Assembly (NCBI GenBank): GCA_045544395.1
Contig: JAZPYX010000064.1
Location: 39,411 to 103,410 of the forward strand
Direction: 5' to 3'
DNA: 64,000 bases
From: Clostridia bacterium
GTDB lineage: Bacteria; Bacillota; Clostridia; UMGS1883
Both the position numbers and the translations under genes were made by a program. The notes beneath the pieces were generated by a model. That model made no database searches and was not told the origin of the DNA. It was given only the letters and a program-made list of their open reading frames with translations. This document shows, one piece after another, positions 54,572 to 64,000 of the stretch; the stretch's first letter is position 1; each line of letters opens with the position of its first letter.

Positions 54572-55372
54572 TTAAATTACCTTCAAACAAATAAGAATAA
54601 TACAAAGTCCCGCTGCCCATAGCAGAGCATAAAGGTCATATTTTCCAAAAGAGAATCTTCTGTAGCTTGTTCTTTCACCATCTGAATTATAACATCTACA
54701 TTCCATAGCTACCGCAAGATCATCAGCACGTCTGAATGCACTGACAAAAAGCGGTATTAATATGGGAAGCATCGCCTTAATTCTTTTTACAGGATTTCCG
54801 TGTTCAAAATCCGCACCGCGTGACATTTGTGCTTTAATTATTTTATCAGTCTCATCAAGAAGTGTCGGTATGAACCTCAGTGCTATACTCATCATCATAA
54901 CAAATACAGATACGGGAACACCTATCTTTTTAAGAGGCTTTAGCATAACCTCGAGTCCACCTGTAAGAACAGTCGGAGTGGTTGTAAATGTAAGAAGTGA
55001 AGTTCCCATGATAAGAAGGATAATCCTTACAGCCATCTTTGTAGCCATATATATTCCTTCCCGGGTAACAGTAATTATTCCTTTTGAAAAAAGAACTGTT
55101 TCGCCTTTTGTCATAAAAAGATTGAGAATTGCTGTAAACACAATAATTACAACTATCGGTTTAAGACCGCGTAAAATAAAACTTATCGGAACATTGGAAA
55201 CCTTTATAATAGCTGCAGTAACTGCAATTACAGCAAGATATGACCAGAAGCCGTCAATGACAAAAAGTGCAATCATATAAAATATTACCCAGAGGATTTT
55301 TGTTCTTGGGTCCATTTTATGAACAGGTGAGTCACAGTTGTAATACTGACCTATAGTGATATCCCTTATCAT
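54572..55372 (-). CDS. ecfT: Energy-coupling factor transporter transmembrane component
   Basis: 266 aa and polytopic. It has Arg-containing coupling-helix motifs (..ALRFIP.. and ..VSAFRRADDLAVAMECR..). It lies downstream of two EcfA ATPase genes. Confidence 0.85.
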   Translation of the reverse strand: MIRDITIGQYYNCDSPVHKMDPRTKILWVIFYMIALFVIDGFWSYLAVIAVTAAIIKVSNVPISFILRGLKPIVVIIVFTAILNLFMTKGETVLFSKGIITVTREGIYMATKMAVRIILLIMGTSLLTFTTTPTVLTGGLEVMLKPLKKIGVPVSVFVMMMSIALRFIPTLLDETDKIIKAQMSRGADFEHGNPVKRIKAMLPILIPLFVSAFRRADDLAVAMECRCYNSDGERTSYRRFSFGKYDLYALLWAAGLCIILICLKVI

Positions 55373-56220
55373 TCACTCACCCCCATATAATTGCAAATTG
55401 CATTTAATACTTCATCTACGGAAAAGAGGTTTTCTTCAACACTCATTCCGCCTTCGTTAAGAAGTTTTAGAAGCCGTGTAATTTCAGGAACCTCAAGTCC
55501 GCATTTTTCAAGAAGCTCAGCATTTGTAAAAACAGCTTTAGCCGTATTATCATTGTATAACTCTCCCTTATTAAGCAGAATTATACGTTCAGCATTCTGG
55601 GCAAGGTCTTCCATACTGTGAGAAATAAGAATGATTGTAGTTCCGTTTTCTTTTCTTATTCTGTGAAGCTCGCGTAAAAGCTTTTCTCTTCCTGCCGGGT
55701 CAAGACCTGCTGCAGGCTCATCAAGTATGAGAACTTCCGGATTTGCAGCAATTACACCAGCAATTGCTACACGCCTCTTTTGTCCACCTGAAAGCTCAAA
55801 CGGAGACTTATCAAAATACTCCTCTTTCAAATGAACAAGACGTGCACTGTTTCTGACACATTCATCAATTTCTTCTGCTGAAAGTCCCTTATTTTTAGGT
55901 CCGAAAGCAATGTCTTTATATACGGTTTCTTCAAAAAGCTGATGTTCTGGATACTGAAACACTATACCTACCATTTTTCTGAGTATACGTGCAGCTTCTT
56001 TATAATCCGTAATTTCTTCACCGTTTATAACCAAACTTCCGTCTGTAGGATTAATAAGCCCTGCAAGAATCTGTGCAATAGTTGTTTTTCCACTGCCTGT
56101 ATGACCTGCAATGCCTATAAATTCACCTTTATTTATTCTGAAACTGACATTATCCAGTGCTGCTGACCTGTCAGTTCCGCTATCGTTGTAGTAATATGAA
56201 ACATTTTTTAGCTCAATCAT
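55369..56220 (-). CDS. ecfA2: Energy-coupling factor transporter ATPase (second)
   Basis: It has Walker A GHTGSGKTT, the signature LSGGQKRRVAIA and Walker B ILILDEP. Confidence 0.85.
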   Translation of the reverse strand: MIELKNVSYYYNDSGTDRSAALDNVSFRINKGEFIGIAGHTGSGKTTIAQILAGLINPTDGSLVINGEEITDYKEAARILRKMVGIVFQYPEHQLFEETVYKDIAFGPKNKGLSAEEIDECVRNSARLVHLKEEYFDKSPFELSGGQKRRVAIAGVIAANPEVLILDEPAAGLDPAGREKLLRELHRIRKENGTTIILISHSMEDLAQNAERIILLNKGELYNDNTAKAVFTNAELLEKCGLEVPEITRLLKLLNEGGMSVEENLFSVDEVLNAICNYMGVSE

Positions 56221-57064
56221 CTTTTTTTCCTTTTACAAGTTTTAAAATTTCCGCCGCACATTCCTCAGGAGTAAGAATTCCGTCAGGTAAATTAATCCCC
56301 CTCTCCCTCAGTCGGTGTGCGAGAGCCGTTGACTGAGGCACATCAAGGCCAAGTTCTGTAAGCTTCTTTTCACAGTCATATACTTTTTTCGGACAATCAT
56401 CAAGAACAATTTGTCCTCTATCTAAAACAACAACCCTGTCAGCACGTGCCGCTTCATCCATATAATGGGTTATCATCACAATAGTGATTCCTTTTTCTTT
56501 GTTAAGAGATACTATTGTATCCATAACCTCGCGTCTTCCTGCAGGATCAAGCATCGCTGTAGGCTCATCAAGAATAATGCACTGAGGCTCCATAGCAAGC
56601 ACTCCCGCTATAGCAACCCTTTGTTTCTGTCCGCCCGATAATAAATGGGGGGCACGCTTTCTGTATTCATACATACCAACCGCCTTAAGTGCATCTTTAA
56701 CGCGTCTGTGCATTTCCTCCCATTCTATCCCGATATTTTCAAGTCCAAAAGCAACATCTTCTTCAACAACCGTTGCCACAATCTGATTATCAGGATTCTG
56801 AAATACCATACCAGCATTTTTCCGAAGCTCGTAAAGATTTTTTTCATCAGATGTATTCATTCCGCACACACTGATACTTCCGCCGCTTGGAAGAAGAATC
56901 GCGTTTATATGTTTTGCAAAGGTGCTTTTACCACTTCCGTTATGCCCAATAATTGCAGTAAAGCTTCCTTTTTCAATTTCAAGATTAATATCATTAAGGA
57001 CAACTTTCTCCTTATCTTCGCTTTTATAAGAAAAGGTTAAGTTTTTTGCCTCAATTATGTTCAT
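56213..57064 (-). CDS. ecfA1: Energy-coupling factor transporter ATPase (first)
   Basis: It has Walker A GHNGSGKST, the signature LSGGQKQRVAIA and Walker B CIILDEP. Confidence 0.85.
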   Translation of the reverse strand: MNIIEAKNLTFSYKSEDKEKVVLNDINLEIEKGSFTAIIGHNGSGKSTFAKHINAILLPSGGSISVCGMNTSDEKNLYELRKNAGMVFQNPDNQIVATVVEEDVAFGLENIGIEWEEMHRRVKDALKAVGMYEYRKRAPHLLSGGQKQRVAIAGVLAMEPQCIILDEPTAMLDPAGRREVMDTIVSLNKEKGITIVMITHYMDEAARADRVVVLDRGQIVLDDCPKKVYDCEKKLTELGLDVPQSTALAHRLRERGINLPDGILTPEECAAEILKLVKGKKDD

Positions 57065-57068
57065 AATA

Positions 57069-57923
57069 TCATTCCTTTTCCCATCTGCCTGTAGCGCCGC
57101 ACGGAAGCACCATTGAGGAAGCCGTTATATTAACTCCGATTTCACTGGATTCAACTTTTCCTTCAGGAAGACAAATTTTCATCAGATTTGTAAGAACAGT
57201 GGGTGCAAGACCTGTAGTGTATGAATTAATTATAAAAAATAACGGGTCATCACTAAGAAGAAGAGCACATCTGCGAACAAAGTTGCAAATCGACTCTTCT
57301 ATTTTCCACACTTCACCACCGGGGCCACGCCCATATGACGGGGGGTCCATAACAATAGCGTCATAATGGTTTCCGCGCCTGATTTCGCGTTCAACAAATT
57401 TCATACAGTCATCTACAAGATAACGTATTGGCGCATTTTCAAGGCCACTTGATTTCGCATTTTCTTTTGCCCACTGAACCATACCTTTTGAAGCATCCAC
57501 ATGGGTTACACTTGCACCTGCCTTTGCACAGGCTACGGTTGCTCCCCCTGTATATGCAAAAAGGTTAAGTACCTTTGCCCCGCCACGCTCAGTAATTTTT
57601 TTCATCATATAATCCCAGTTAACAGCCTGCTCCGGAAAAAGTCCTGTATGTTTGAATCCCATTGGCTTAATATTAAATGTAAGGCTCTTGTACTTTACAG
57701 TCCACTGCTCGGGAATTTCTTTTTTATATTCCCATTTACCTCCACCGCTTGATGAACGGTGGTAATGTGCATCTGCCTTTTTCCACACAGAAGGCAATGC
57801 TTTTTCATCCCAAATAACCTGCGGGTCAGGACGGCAAAGCATTATATTTCCCCATTTTTCAAGCTTTTCACCATTTGCGGTATCTATACATTCATAATCT
57901 TTCCATTCATCTGCAATCCACAT
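57069..57923 (-). CDS. Class I SAM-dependent methyltransferase (RlmI/RlmK-like rRNA methyltransferase type)
   Basis: It has the SAM motif ..VLNLFAYTGGATVACAKAGA.VTHVDAS.. and the ..IVMDPPSYGRG.. motif. Confidence 0.7.
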   Translation of the reverse strand: MWIADEWKDYECIDTANGEKLEKWGNIMLCRPDPQVIWDEKALPSVWKKADAHYHRSSSGGGKWEYKKEIPEQWTVKYKSLTFNIKPMGFKHTGLFPEQAVNWDYMMKKITERGGAKVLNLFAYTGGATVACAKAGASVTHVDASKGMVQWAKENAKSSGLENAPIRYLVDDCMKFVEREIRRGNHYDAIVMDPPSYGRGPGGEVWKIEESICNFVRRCALLLSDDPLFFIINSYTTGLAPTVLTNLMKICLPEGKVESSEIGVNITASSMVLPCGATGRWEKE

Positions 57924-57926
57924 AAA

Positions 57927-58811
57927 TTAATCCTCATAATCCAAGAAATCGTATTTTTCAGAAAAAACAAATCCGGTAAGTCCGGGACCACCGTGACAAC
58001 CTATGACAGCACCTAGTTGATAGTTAAAAATCTTTGCATTATCAAAATTGTCACTAAAAACATCTGCTAGCTCATTTGCTCTTTCTTTATTACCTGAAAA
58101 CGGAACCATAACTGTTTTTCCTTCAAAACTGTAACCGTCATCCTCAGCATTTTCAACAAGCTTTTTAAACACCTTTTTATTTCCGCGAAGCTTATCCTTC
58201 TGCACTACAAGACCATCCTTTATTGCCAGGATAGGTTTTATATCAAGCATATTGGCAATTACAAGTGTAGCTGCATTGATTCTTCCGCCTTTTTTCAGAT
58301 GAAGAAGATCATCAACAAGGAAGTATGCTTTCATTGTTGGCAATACGTCTTCAAGATAAGAAACTATGTCGTCTTTAGTTTTACCCTCTTTAAGCATATG
58401 TGCTGCATGAACAACCGGAGCGCCATACATACAGGAATATCCCATAGAATCAATAACGGTGATTTCTCCGCCACGTTCTCCCATAACCTCGGATGCTGCC
58501 ATCCGTGCGTTCTGATTCATGCCGCTGCCGGCTGATGAAATAGTTACAACAATCAGATTATCATTACCATTATCATATTCTTCGTTAAATACCTCTGTAA
58601 ATCCAATCGGAGTGACCTGCGTTGTTTTTGGAGTAGTTTCAGAATTTTTCAATCTGTCATAAAACTCATCAACGCCCATTTCCATTCCTTCTTTATAATA
58701 GGTCTCCCCGTCAAAAGTAAAAGAAATGGGAATAACTCTTATTCCAAGCTCTGCAGCTCTTTCCTGTGTTATATCACTACCACTGTCCGTTATAATTTTT
58801 ACTTTACTCAT
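57927..58811 (-). CDS. degV: DegV family fatty-acid-binding protein
   Basis: The N-terminus is MSKVKIITDSGSDITQE and the internal segment ..TISSAGSGMNQNA.. is typical of DegV. Confidence 0.85.
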   Translation of the reverse strand: MSKVKIITDSGSDITQERAAELGIRVIPISFTFDGETYYKEGMEMGVDEFYDRLKNSETTPKTTQVTPIGFTEVFNEEYDNGNDNLIVVTISSAGSGMNQNARMAASEVMGERGGEITVIDSMGYSCMYGAPVVHAAHMLKEGKTKDDIVSYLEDVLPTMKAYFLVDDLLHLKKGGRINAATLVIANMLDIKPILAIKDGLVVQKDKLRGNKKVFKKLVENAEDDGYSFEGKTVMVPFSGNKERANELADVFSDNFDNAKIFNYQLGAVIGCHGGPGLTGFVFSEKYDFLDYED

Positions 58812-61041
58812 AGTTTTCTACCTCTTTTCCTTTCTCATTTTCAATATTATCAATCGTAACACTTTTTGATGCCATTTCCTGCTGAGCACGCAAAAGCGAT
58901 GCATATATACCATTTTTTTCGACAAGTTCTTTGTGTGTACCTGTTTCTGCAATTCTTCCTTCTTCAAGCACAAACAATCTGTCCGCGTTTTTTAGTGTAG
59001 ACAGCCTGTGTGCTATTGCAAAAACAGTTTTTCCTGCTGTTACGTTAGAAAGGGCTTCCTGGATTTTAACCTCTGTATCAGTGTCTACAGACGCAGTGGC
59101 TTCATCAAGTATAAGAATTTTCGGATTTGCAAGAATAGCTCTTGCAATGGAAATACGTTGTCTTTCGCCACCGGAAAGCTTGTGTCCTTTTTCCCCTACA
59201 TAAGTGTTGTAACCGTCCGGAAGCTGCATAATAAAATCATGGGCATTTGCTTTTTTTGCAGCCATTACACAATTTTCAAGGGATGCATTTTTATTTGAAT
59301 ATCGTATATTCTCAAGAATCGTACCGCTGAAAAGATAGCTTTCCTGAAGCACCACCCCCAATATCCCCTTATAATCGTGAAGATTATACTCTTCAACATC
59401 AGTTGAGTCAAGTAGGATTTTACCGTTATCCGGATTGTAAAGACGCATTATAAGGTTAATAAGAGTGCTTTTTCCTGCACCGCTATGTCCGACAAGTCCT
59501 ATCATCTCACCTTTTTCTACAGATTCATTAATATTTCTCAAAACTTTTCTGTAGCTTTTGTAGCCGAAAGTCACATTATCAAACTCAAACGCACCTTTAA
59601 CATTACATATATCTTTACAGTCAGTTTTTTCATCAATTATTTCTTCATCAAGGATTTCGAATACTCTTTGCGAGCTTACCATTGCCATTGTAAAATGCCT
59701 GGGAAGCATTCCAAACCACTCAAGTTTACTGTAAAGAAGACTTCCATAGGAAGAAAACTGAACAAGTTCACCCAATGTCATATTTCCCTTAAGAACCATA
59801 TTTCCACCATAAAGCAAAACAAAATAGCTACCAAACCCCATTATAAATTTTATTATGGGAAATATCGTGTATACATATTTTTCATTTTTACAGGTAAGCT
59901 CTCTTACTATTCCGGCTGTCTCGCTAAAGCGTTTTATTTCATCATCTTCTCTTCCAAAAACCTTTACTACCTTTATACCGTTTATAACTTCTGTAAGCCT
60001 TGTAGTAAGCTTGTCCATTTTTCGCCACTGTTTACGATAGCGACGCTGTATGCTTCGTCTGATTCTGTTTATAAGAATTATCGCAGGTGGCATCGGAATA
60101 AAGATAAGAAGTGCCATATTTACATTCAGTGAAAAAGTTACAATCGCAACTGCAATAAATAAAAAGACCTCATTGATTGCCATAATACCTATATCCTGTA
60201 CAAAGGTCTGTATACGCTGCGTATCATTATTAATTCTTTGCATAAGGTCGCCGGTTTTTCTTGTTTCAATATAAGAAATCGGCATTTTCTGTAGTTTTTC
60301 ATATATGTGATTTCTAAGATCCATTACAAGACGGTTACTTGCTTTTGATGCAATAATACTATGAAACACTGAAATTAGCAGCCCTATAATACTAACAGAA
60401 AACATAACGCCTACTATTAACAAAAGTGGCTTTACAGAAACATCCCCTGATGTAAGAACGTCATTTACAAGCAATTTTGAAAGATGGGGATTTAAAATTG
60501 CAGCAATACTCGATATCCAGAACATAACCATAAGTATCAGATACATTTTTCTGCAAGGTTTTGAAAGATTCCATATTCTTTTTAATATTCCGATTTTGTC
60601 CGAACAATGCCGGCATGTTTTTGCACCTCGTAGTAGCGGTCTCTTGCATTTAGGACAAATTTTTTGCGGTTCATCATCTTTAATTACAGGCTCATTACCC
60701 TCTGAAATGTCATTAACGATTTCACAAAGGCTATTGAAATTTTCAATATAATTCATAGAGAAGCGGACAATGCTTTTTCTGCCTTCCTCTGAAAATTCCT
60801 CGACCATTCCACCGCCAATGTATTCTCCGCAGCAAAGTCTTTTTATTTCCTTAATATTTCGTACATAGGCTATCTGCCCATTTTCAACAACACACAGTTT
60901 AGTTCTGCTTACAGCTACTACGCCTTCCGTGTACATGTCTTTTAAAGACAAGTCAAAACAGGAAGCATAAAGTATTTCGTCGCCGCAAAGAGCACGGTCA
61001 ATAATTTCACTATATTGAGTTATCAGCGCTCCTTTTAGCAT
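58804..61041 (-). CDS. ABC exporter half-transporter (TMD-NBD) with ~150-aa N-terminal extension containing a CxxC..CxxC zinc ribbon
   Basis: It has six TM helices, Walker A GHSGAGKST, the signature LSGGERQRISIA and Walker B ILILDEA. The extension includes CPKCKRPLLRGAKTCRHC (60604..60657). The start is ambiguous (ATG 61041 after AAAGGA, ATG 61050, or TTG 61071). Confidence 0.8.
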   Translation of the reverse strand: MLKGALITQYSEIIDRALCGDEILYASCFDLSLKDMYTEGVVAVSRTKLCVVENGQIAYVRNIKEIKRLCCGEYIGGGMVEEFSEEGRKSIVRFSMNYIENFNSLCEIVNDISEGNEPVIKDDEPQKICPKCKRPLLRGAKTCRHCSDKIGILKRIWNLSKPCRKMYLILMVMFWISSIAAILNPHLSKLLVNDVLTSGDVSVKPLLLIVGVMFSVSIIGLLISVFHSIIASKASNRLVMDLRNHIYEKLQKMPISYIETRKTGDLMQRINNDTQRIQTFVQDIGIMAINEVFLFIAVAIVTFSLNVNMALLIFIPMPPAIILINRIRRSIQRRYRKQWRKMDKLTTRLTEVINGIKVVKVFGREDDEIKRFSETAGIVRELTCKNEKYVYTIFPIIKFIMGFGSYFVLLYGGNMVLKGNMTLGELVQFSSYGSLLYSKLEWFGMLPRHFTMAMVSSQRVFEILDEEIIDEKTDCKDICNVKGAFEFDNVTFGYKSYRKVLRNINESVEKGEMIGLVGHSGAGKSTLINLIMRLYNPDNGKILLDSTDVEEYNLHDYKGILGVVLQESYLFSGTILENIRYSNKNASLENCVMAAKKANAHDFIMQLPDGYNTYVGEKGHKLSGGERQRISIARAILANPKILILDEATASVDTDTEVKIQEALSNVTAGKTVFAIAHRLSTLKNADRLFVLEEGRIAETGTHKELVEKNGIYASLLRAQQEMASKSVTIDNIENEKGKEVENYE

Positions 61042-61054
61042 TTTAATCATTCCT

Positions 61055-61564
61055 TTATATCCAGATTTCAAGAATTTTCATAGTTTTATCATCTGCTTTT
61101 GTAATATCGGGAATATAATATCTGTTCCCGTAAACATCCGTAAGCATTATGCGATTATTACCAAGATTAAGAACGTTAGTGCTCATTTCTGTAACTGTAA
61201 ATTCTTTCTTGCCTGCAGTTGTTTCTGTATTCCACATCGTATGCCCGAATTCATCTTTCACTTCGTTAACTTTTATTATTTCAGGAATAAAGTATCTTTT
61301 TTTCAATTCATCGCGTACTATATTAATCTGATCTTCCGGAAAGTCAGAGAGAAAACGTATAATTCCAATTTCATTTTCCTTGTCACTGCGGCTGTAATTC
61401 TCGCATCTTATACAAAGATACTCTTCCTCATATTCAAAAGGAAACATTCTCAAAACTGCAACCCTACCGAAATCTGTTCCCTTTGCCTTTGCCATAATAA
61501 GCCCTGAATCATTCTGATAAAACAAGATTTCCCCGGGAGTTATATATTCAATTTTATCACTCAT
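61055..61564 (-). CDS. DUF1854-like protein encoded between the two ABC genes
   Basis: 169 aa and soluble. It overlaps both neighbours by 8 and 17 nt (17 nt only if the downstream ABC gene uses the TTG at 61071). The segments ..RVAVLRMFPFEYEEEYLCIR..ENEIGIIRFLSDFPEDQ..ELKKRYFIPEI.. fit my memory of the DUF1854 family, which is typically ABC-linked. Confidence 0.5.
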   Translation of the reverse strand: MSDKIEYITPGEILFYQNDSGLIMAKAKGTDFGRVAVLRMFPFEYEEEYLCIRCENYSRSDKENEIGIIRFLSDFPEDQINIVRDELKKRYFIPEIIKVNEVKDEFGHTMWNTETTAGKKEFTVTEMSTNVLNLGNNRIMLTDVYGNRYYIPDITKADDKTMKILEIWI

Positions 61565-63752
61565 TGTCCAAAGCTCCTTTTTTGAAATTTATCGCATCTA
61601 TCTGTTTCCTTGCCATTGAAGCGTATATCCCGTTTTCAATCTGAAACAGTTGTTCATGGGTACCCGACTCAACAATACAGCCATTTTCAACAACTACAAG
61701 CTTGTCTGCATTTTTCAAAGTAGAAAATCTATGTGCAATAGCAATTGTAGTACGACCCTTTATCAAAGCCTGCATAGCTTCCTGAATATGCTGTTCTGTC
61801 TTGGTATCAAGTGACGATGTAGCCTCATCAAATATAAGAATCGCCGGATCCATAAGTATTGCCCTAGCAATACTCAGTCTTTGCTTTTCACCGCCTGAAA
61901 GATTCATACCGTGTTCACCGATTTCCGTCTGATATCCATCCGGCAAATTTATAATAAACTCGTGTGCATGAGCTTTTTTTGCGGCATCAATAATCATATC
62001 AACTGTTGCTTCCGGATTTCCGTAAGCAATATTTTCAGCTACCGTTCCGGTAAATAAAAATGTTTCCTGAAGAACCATACCTATATTTGACCGCAATGTA
62101 TCAAAGCTTAAATCTTTTACATTAATGCCGTCTATAAGTACTTCACCGTCATTAACATCATAAAGTCTTGTCAGAAGGTTTGTAATTGTACTTTTCCCTG
62201 CACCGCTATGTCCCACAAGACCTGTCATCTTACCGTTTTCAGCTTTAAACGATACGTTTTTAAGCACTGTTCTGTTAGGTTCATAGGAAAAAGTTACATT
62301 GCGAAACTCTACTTCTCCTGTAAGCTTGTCTTTTCTTACAGGATTTTCCGCCTCGACAATATCAGGTTTTCGGTCAATAACTTCAAAAATTCTTTGTGCA
62401 CTATTCATACAGCTTGTAAACCACTCGAAGGTCTTTACCATGAAATTTACAGGTCCGTATAAAAGTGAAAGATATCCCACAAAGGTCATAAGTTCACCAA
62501 AAGTAAGCTTTCCTGCAATCACCTGACTTCCTCCAAGTCCCCATACCATAAGACCACCGACAGTCATTATCCAGCTCAGAAGAGGAAAAACTTTAGCAGA
62601 TGCTACACCCTCACGAACCTGGTTTTCATAAAGAAGCCTGCTTTTTTCTTGAAATCTTTCAATTTCACGGCTTTCCTTACCAAAAGCTTTAACCACTCTT
62701 ACACCCATTAATGTATCATTTATAACAGAATTCATGGATGAAGACCTTCGCCATGTATGCCACTTAAGCTTTTTAAATATACGTGCTGATTTTTTAATTA
62801 TAAAGGCTATAAGCGGAATTGGTATTAATACAGTAACAGACAGTAACGGATTAACACAAAACAAAAACAATCCTACAGTGCAAATTGTTGCTGCATTAAT
62901 GATAAAATTCGGTAAACCATCATTAAGAAAGTACTGAATATCAAGAGCATCACTGTTTACACGGTTAAGAAGATTTCCCGTTCTTTTTGAAGAAAAAAAG
63001 CTCATTCCCAGTTTTTGCATAGAAGAAAAAACTTCTGTTTTTATGTCATATATTATCTTTCCTGACATATCAGCACCTATTCTCCCCTGTAAAATGCCAA
63101 GAAAAACACCTACTGCTGAAATAAAAGCAAGCACAATGACTAATTCAACAATCCTGCCACTGTATTTTCCTGTACTGCTTAAAACTTCATCGTAAAGAAG
63201 GGTTCCCGTTATGTAAGGTCGAACAAGATTAACAAGGGTTGCCAGTATAATTAAAATTATCATCCATGCAAGATGCTTTTTATACCTTGGCACATATGAC
63301 ATAACCCGCAGAAACAATTTTTTTCTTCCCCTGTTAATATAAGAAAATTTATCGTCTTCTGCCGGTGGAATATTATCTTCCTCTACCTTTTCCCCATTAA
63401 TATATTTTTGAACAACTCGTATTATCCGTTCTACCTGTCCCGAAAGGGTAAGCGTAAACTGAGAAAGCGAAATTTCATCACCAGAGGCTTTAACAATTAT
63501 TTCACCTGAAGATACATAATTCAGCACATAAATATCTGCTATTTCAGAATATTTTTTTCTCCAAAAATCCCCGTTTTCTCCAAGGACACACAAACTGTCT
63601 GAAAGAACACATACGAGTGTTTTACCATACGTTCCGAAAGAAAGGTCACATTCGCAAAAAGCAACTATATTTTCATTCTTGCCAATATATTTCTCAATTT
63701 CTTTTAAAAGAAAACTTTCTTCTGTTTCAGGTGCAATTTGCTTTTTTTTCAT
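61557..63752 (-). CDS. ABC exporter half-transporter (TMD-NBD) with ~143-aa N-terminal extension
   Basis: It has a strong AAGGAGG RBS, six TM helices, Walker A GHSGAGKST, the signature LSGGEKQRLSIA and Walker B ILIFDEA. Its N-terminal extension is homologous to that of the partner protein. Confidence 0.85.
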   Translation of the reverse strand: MKKKQIAPETEESFLLKEIEKYIGKNENIVAFCECDLSFGTYGKTLVCVLSDSLCVLGENGDFWRKKYSEIADIYVLNYVSSGEIIVKASGDEISLSQFTLTLSGQVERIIRVVQKYINGEKVEEDNIPPAEDDKFSYINRGRKKLFLRVMSYVPRYKKHLAWMIILIILATLVNLVRPYITGTLLYDEVLSSTGKYSGRIVELVIVLAFISAVGVFLGILQGRIGADMSGKIIYDIKTEVFSSMQKLGMSFFSSKRTGNLLNRVNSDALDIQYFLNDGLPNFIINAATICTVGLFLFCVNPLLSVTVLIPIPLIAFIIKKSARIFKKLKWHTWRRSSSMNSVINDTLMGVRVVKAFGKESREIERFQEKSRLLYENQVREGVASAKVFPLLSWIMTVGGLMVWGLGGSQVIAGKLTFGELMTFVGYLSLLYGPVNFMVKTFEWFTSCMNSAQRIFEVIDRKPDIVEAENPVRKDKLTGEVEFRNVTFSYEPNRTVLKNVSFKAENGKMTGLVGHSGAGKSTITNLLTRLYDVNDGEVLIDGINVKDLSFDTLRSNIGMVLQETFLFTGTVAENIAYGNPEATVDMIIDAAKKAHAHEFIINLPDGYQTEIGEHGMNLSGGEKQRLSIARAILMDPAILIFDEATSSLDTKTEQHIQEAMQALIKGRTTIAIAHRFSTLKNADKLVVVENGCIVESGTHEQLFQIENGIYASMARKQIDAINFKKGALDNE

Positions 63753-63882
63753 AGTGAACCTCCTTTCCGCATACTAAACCTTTCTAATTATATACTTTTT
63801 AGCGTTTAAATGCAATATGTAAAGACAAAAAATCTTAAACCTTTCGCCCCATTAAGTATATAATGAATATTGGAGGTGTTAT

Positions 63883-64000
63883 ATGGATAATTATGTCTTA
63901 ATGGCACTTATAGCAACACTGGGTACGTGGTTTATAACAGCACTTGGTGCTGCAACAGTTGCTTTTTTTAAATCTCCGGATGAAAAACTTATGAATTTAA
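63883..64000 (+). CDS. ZIP family metal transporter (ZupT-like), 5' part only; continues beyond the window
   Basis: A GGAGGTG RBS precedes MDNYVLMALIATLGTWFITALGAATVAFFKSPDEKLMNL, which resembles ZupT N-termini. Only 39 codons are visible. Confidence 0.5.
   Translation, partial: MDNYVLMALIATLGTWFITALGAATVAFFKSPDEKLMNL

Noticed and set aside
63753-63882. Zur/metal-regulator operator upstream of the ZIP transporter gene
   Set aside because: Only a duplicated TAAACCTTTC decamer (about 63773 and 63836) was seen. There is no palindrome resembling a Zur box, so the evidence is too weak.

Overview
This 64-kb window looks like a chromosomal segment from a low-GC, endospore-forming Firmicute (Clostridia-like). 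The evidence is spoVT, spoIIAA-spoIIAB-sigF, ytfJ and GGAGG-type ribosome-binding sites. Housekeeping and sporulation genes (ligA, class I fumarate hydratase, a D-Ala-D-Ala carboxypeptidase, scpA/scpB, truA, ecfA1-ecfA2-ecfT, cvpA, degV) alternate with many carbohydrate-utilisation loci. These include GH20-like, GH26-like, GH5-like/clan GH-A, DUF4838-like and GH106-like proteins, an SGNH esterase, kdgK-eda, a rhamnulokinase, an MFS transporter, three AraC regulators, and a six-gene Gfo/Idh/MocA + TIM-barrel + MBL operon. I saw no rRNA, tRNA, CRISPR array, cas gene, transposase or integrase. The most unusual items are listed below.
(1) An orphan CARF + PD-(D/E)xK protein (Card1/Can2-like) is translationally coupled inside a sugar operon that ends in an NfeD/SPFH pair, and it carries S-C-K where that family normally has E-x-K.
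(2) An ABC half-transporter / DUF1854-like / ABC half-transporter module has ~140-160 aa cytoplasmic N-terminal extensions on both transporters, one with a zinc ribbon.
(3) The oxidoreductase/TIM-barrel operon could be a non-hydrolytic (3-keto) glycoside-cleavage or inositol-type pathway.
(4) A ~100-nt conserved intergenic element occurs twice, 28 kb apart, each time between a strong terminator and a glycosidase-operon promoter.
(5) Several cis-motifs are shared between distant promoters.
(6) A Fic cassette is bounded by a 16-bp direct repeat and an AbrB-like gene stub.
All functional calls come from reading the translations by eye. No database search was possible.
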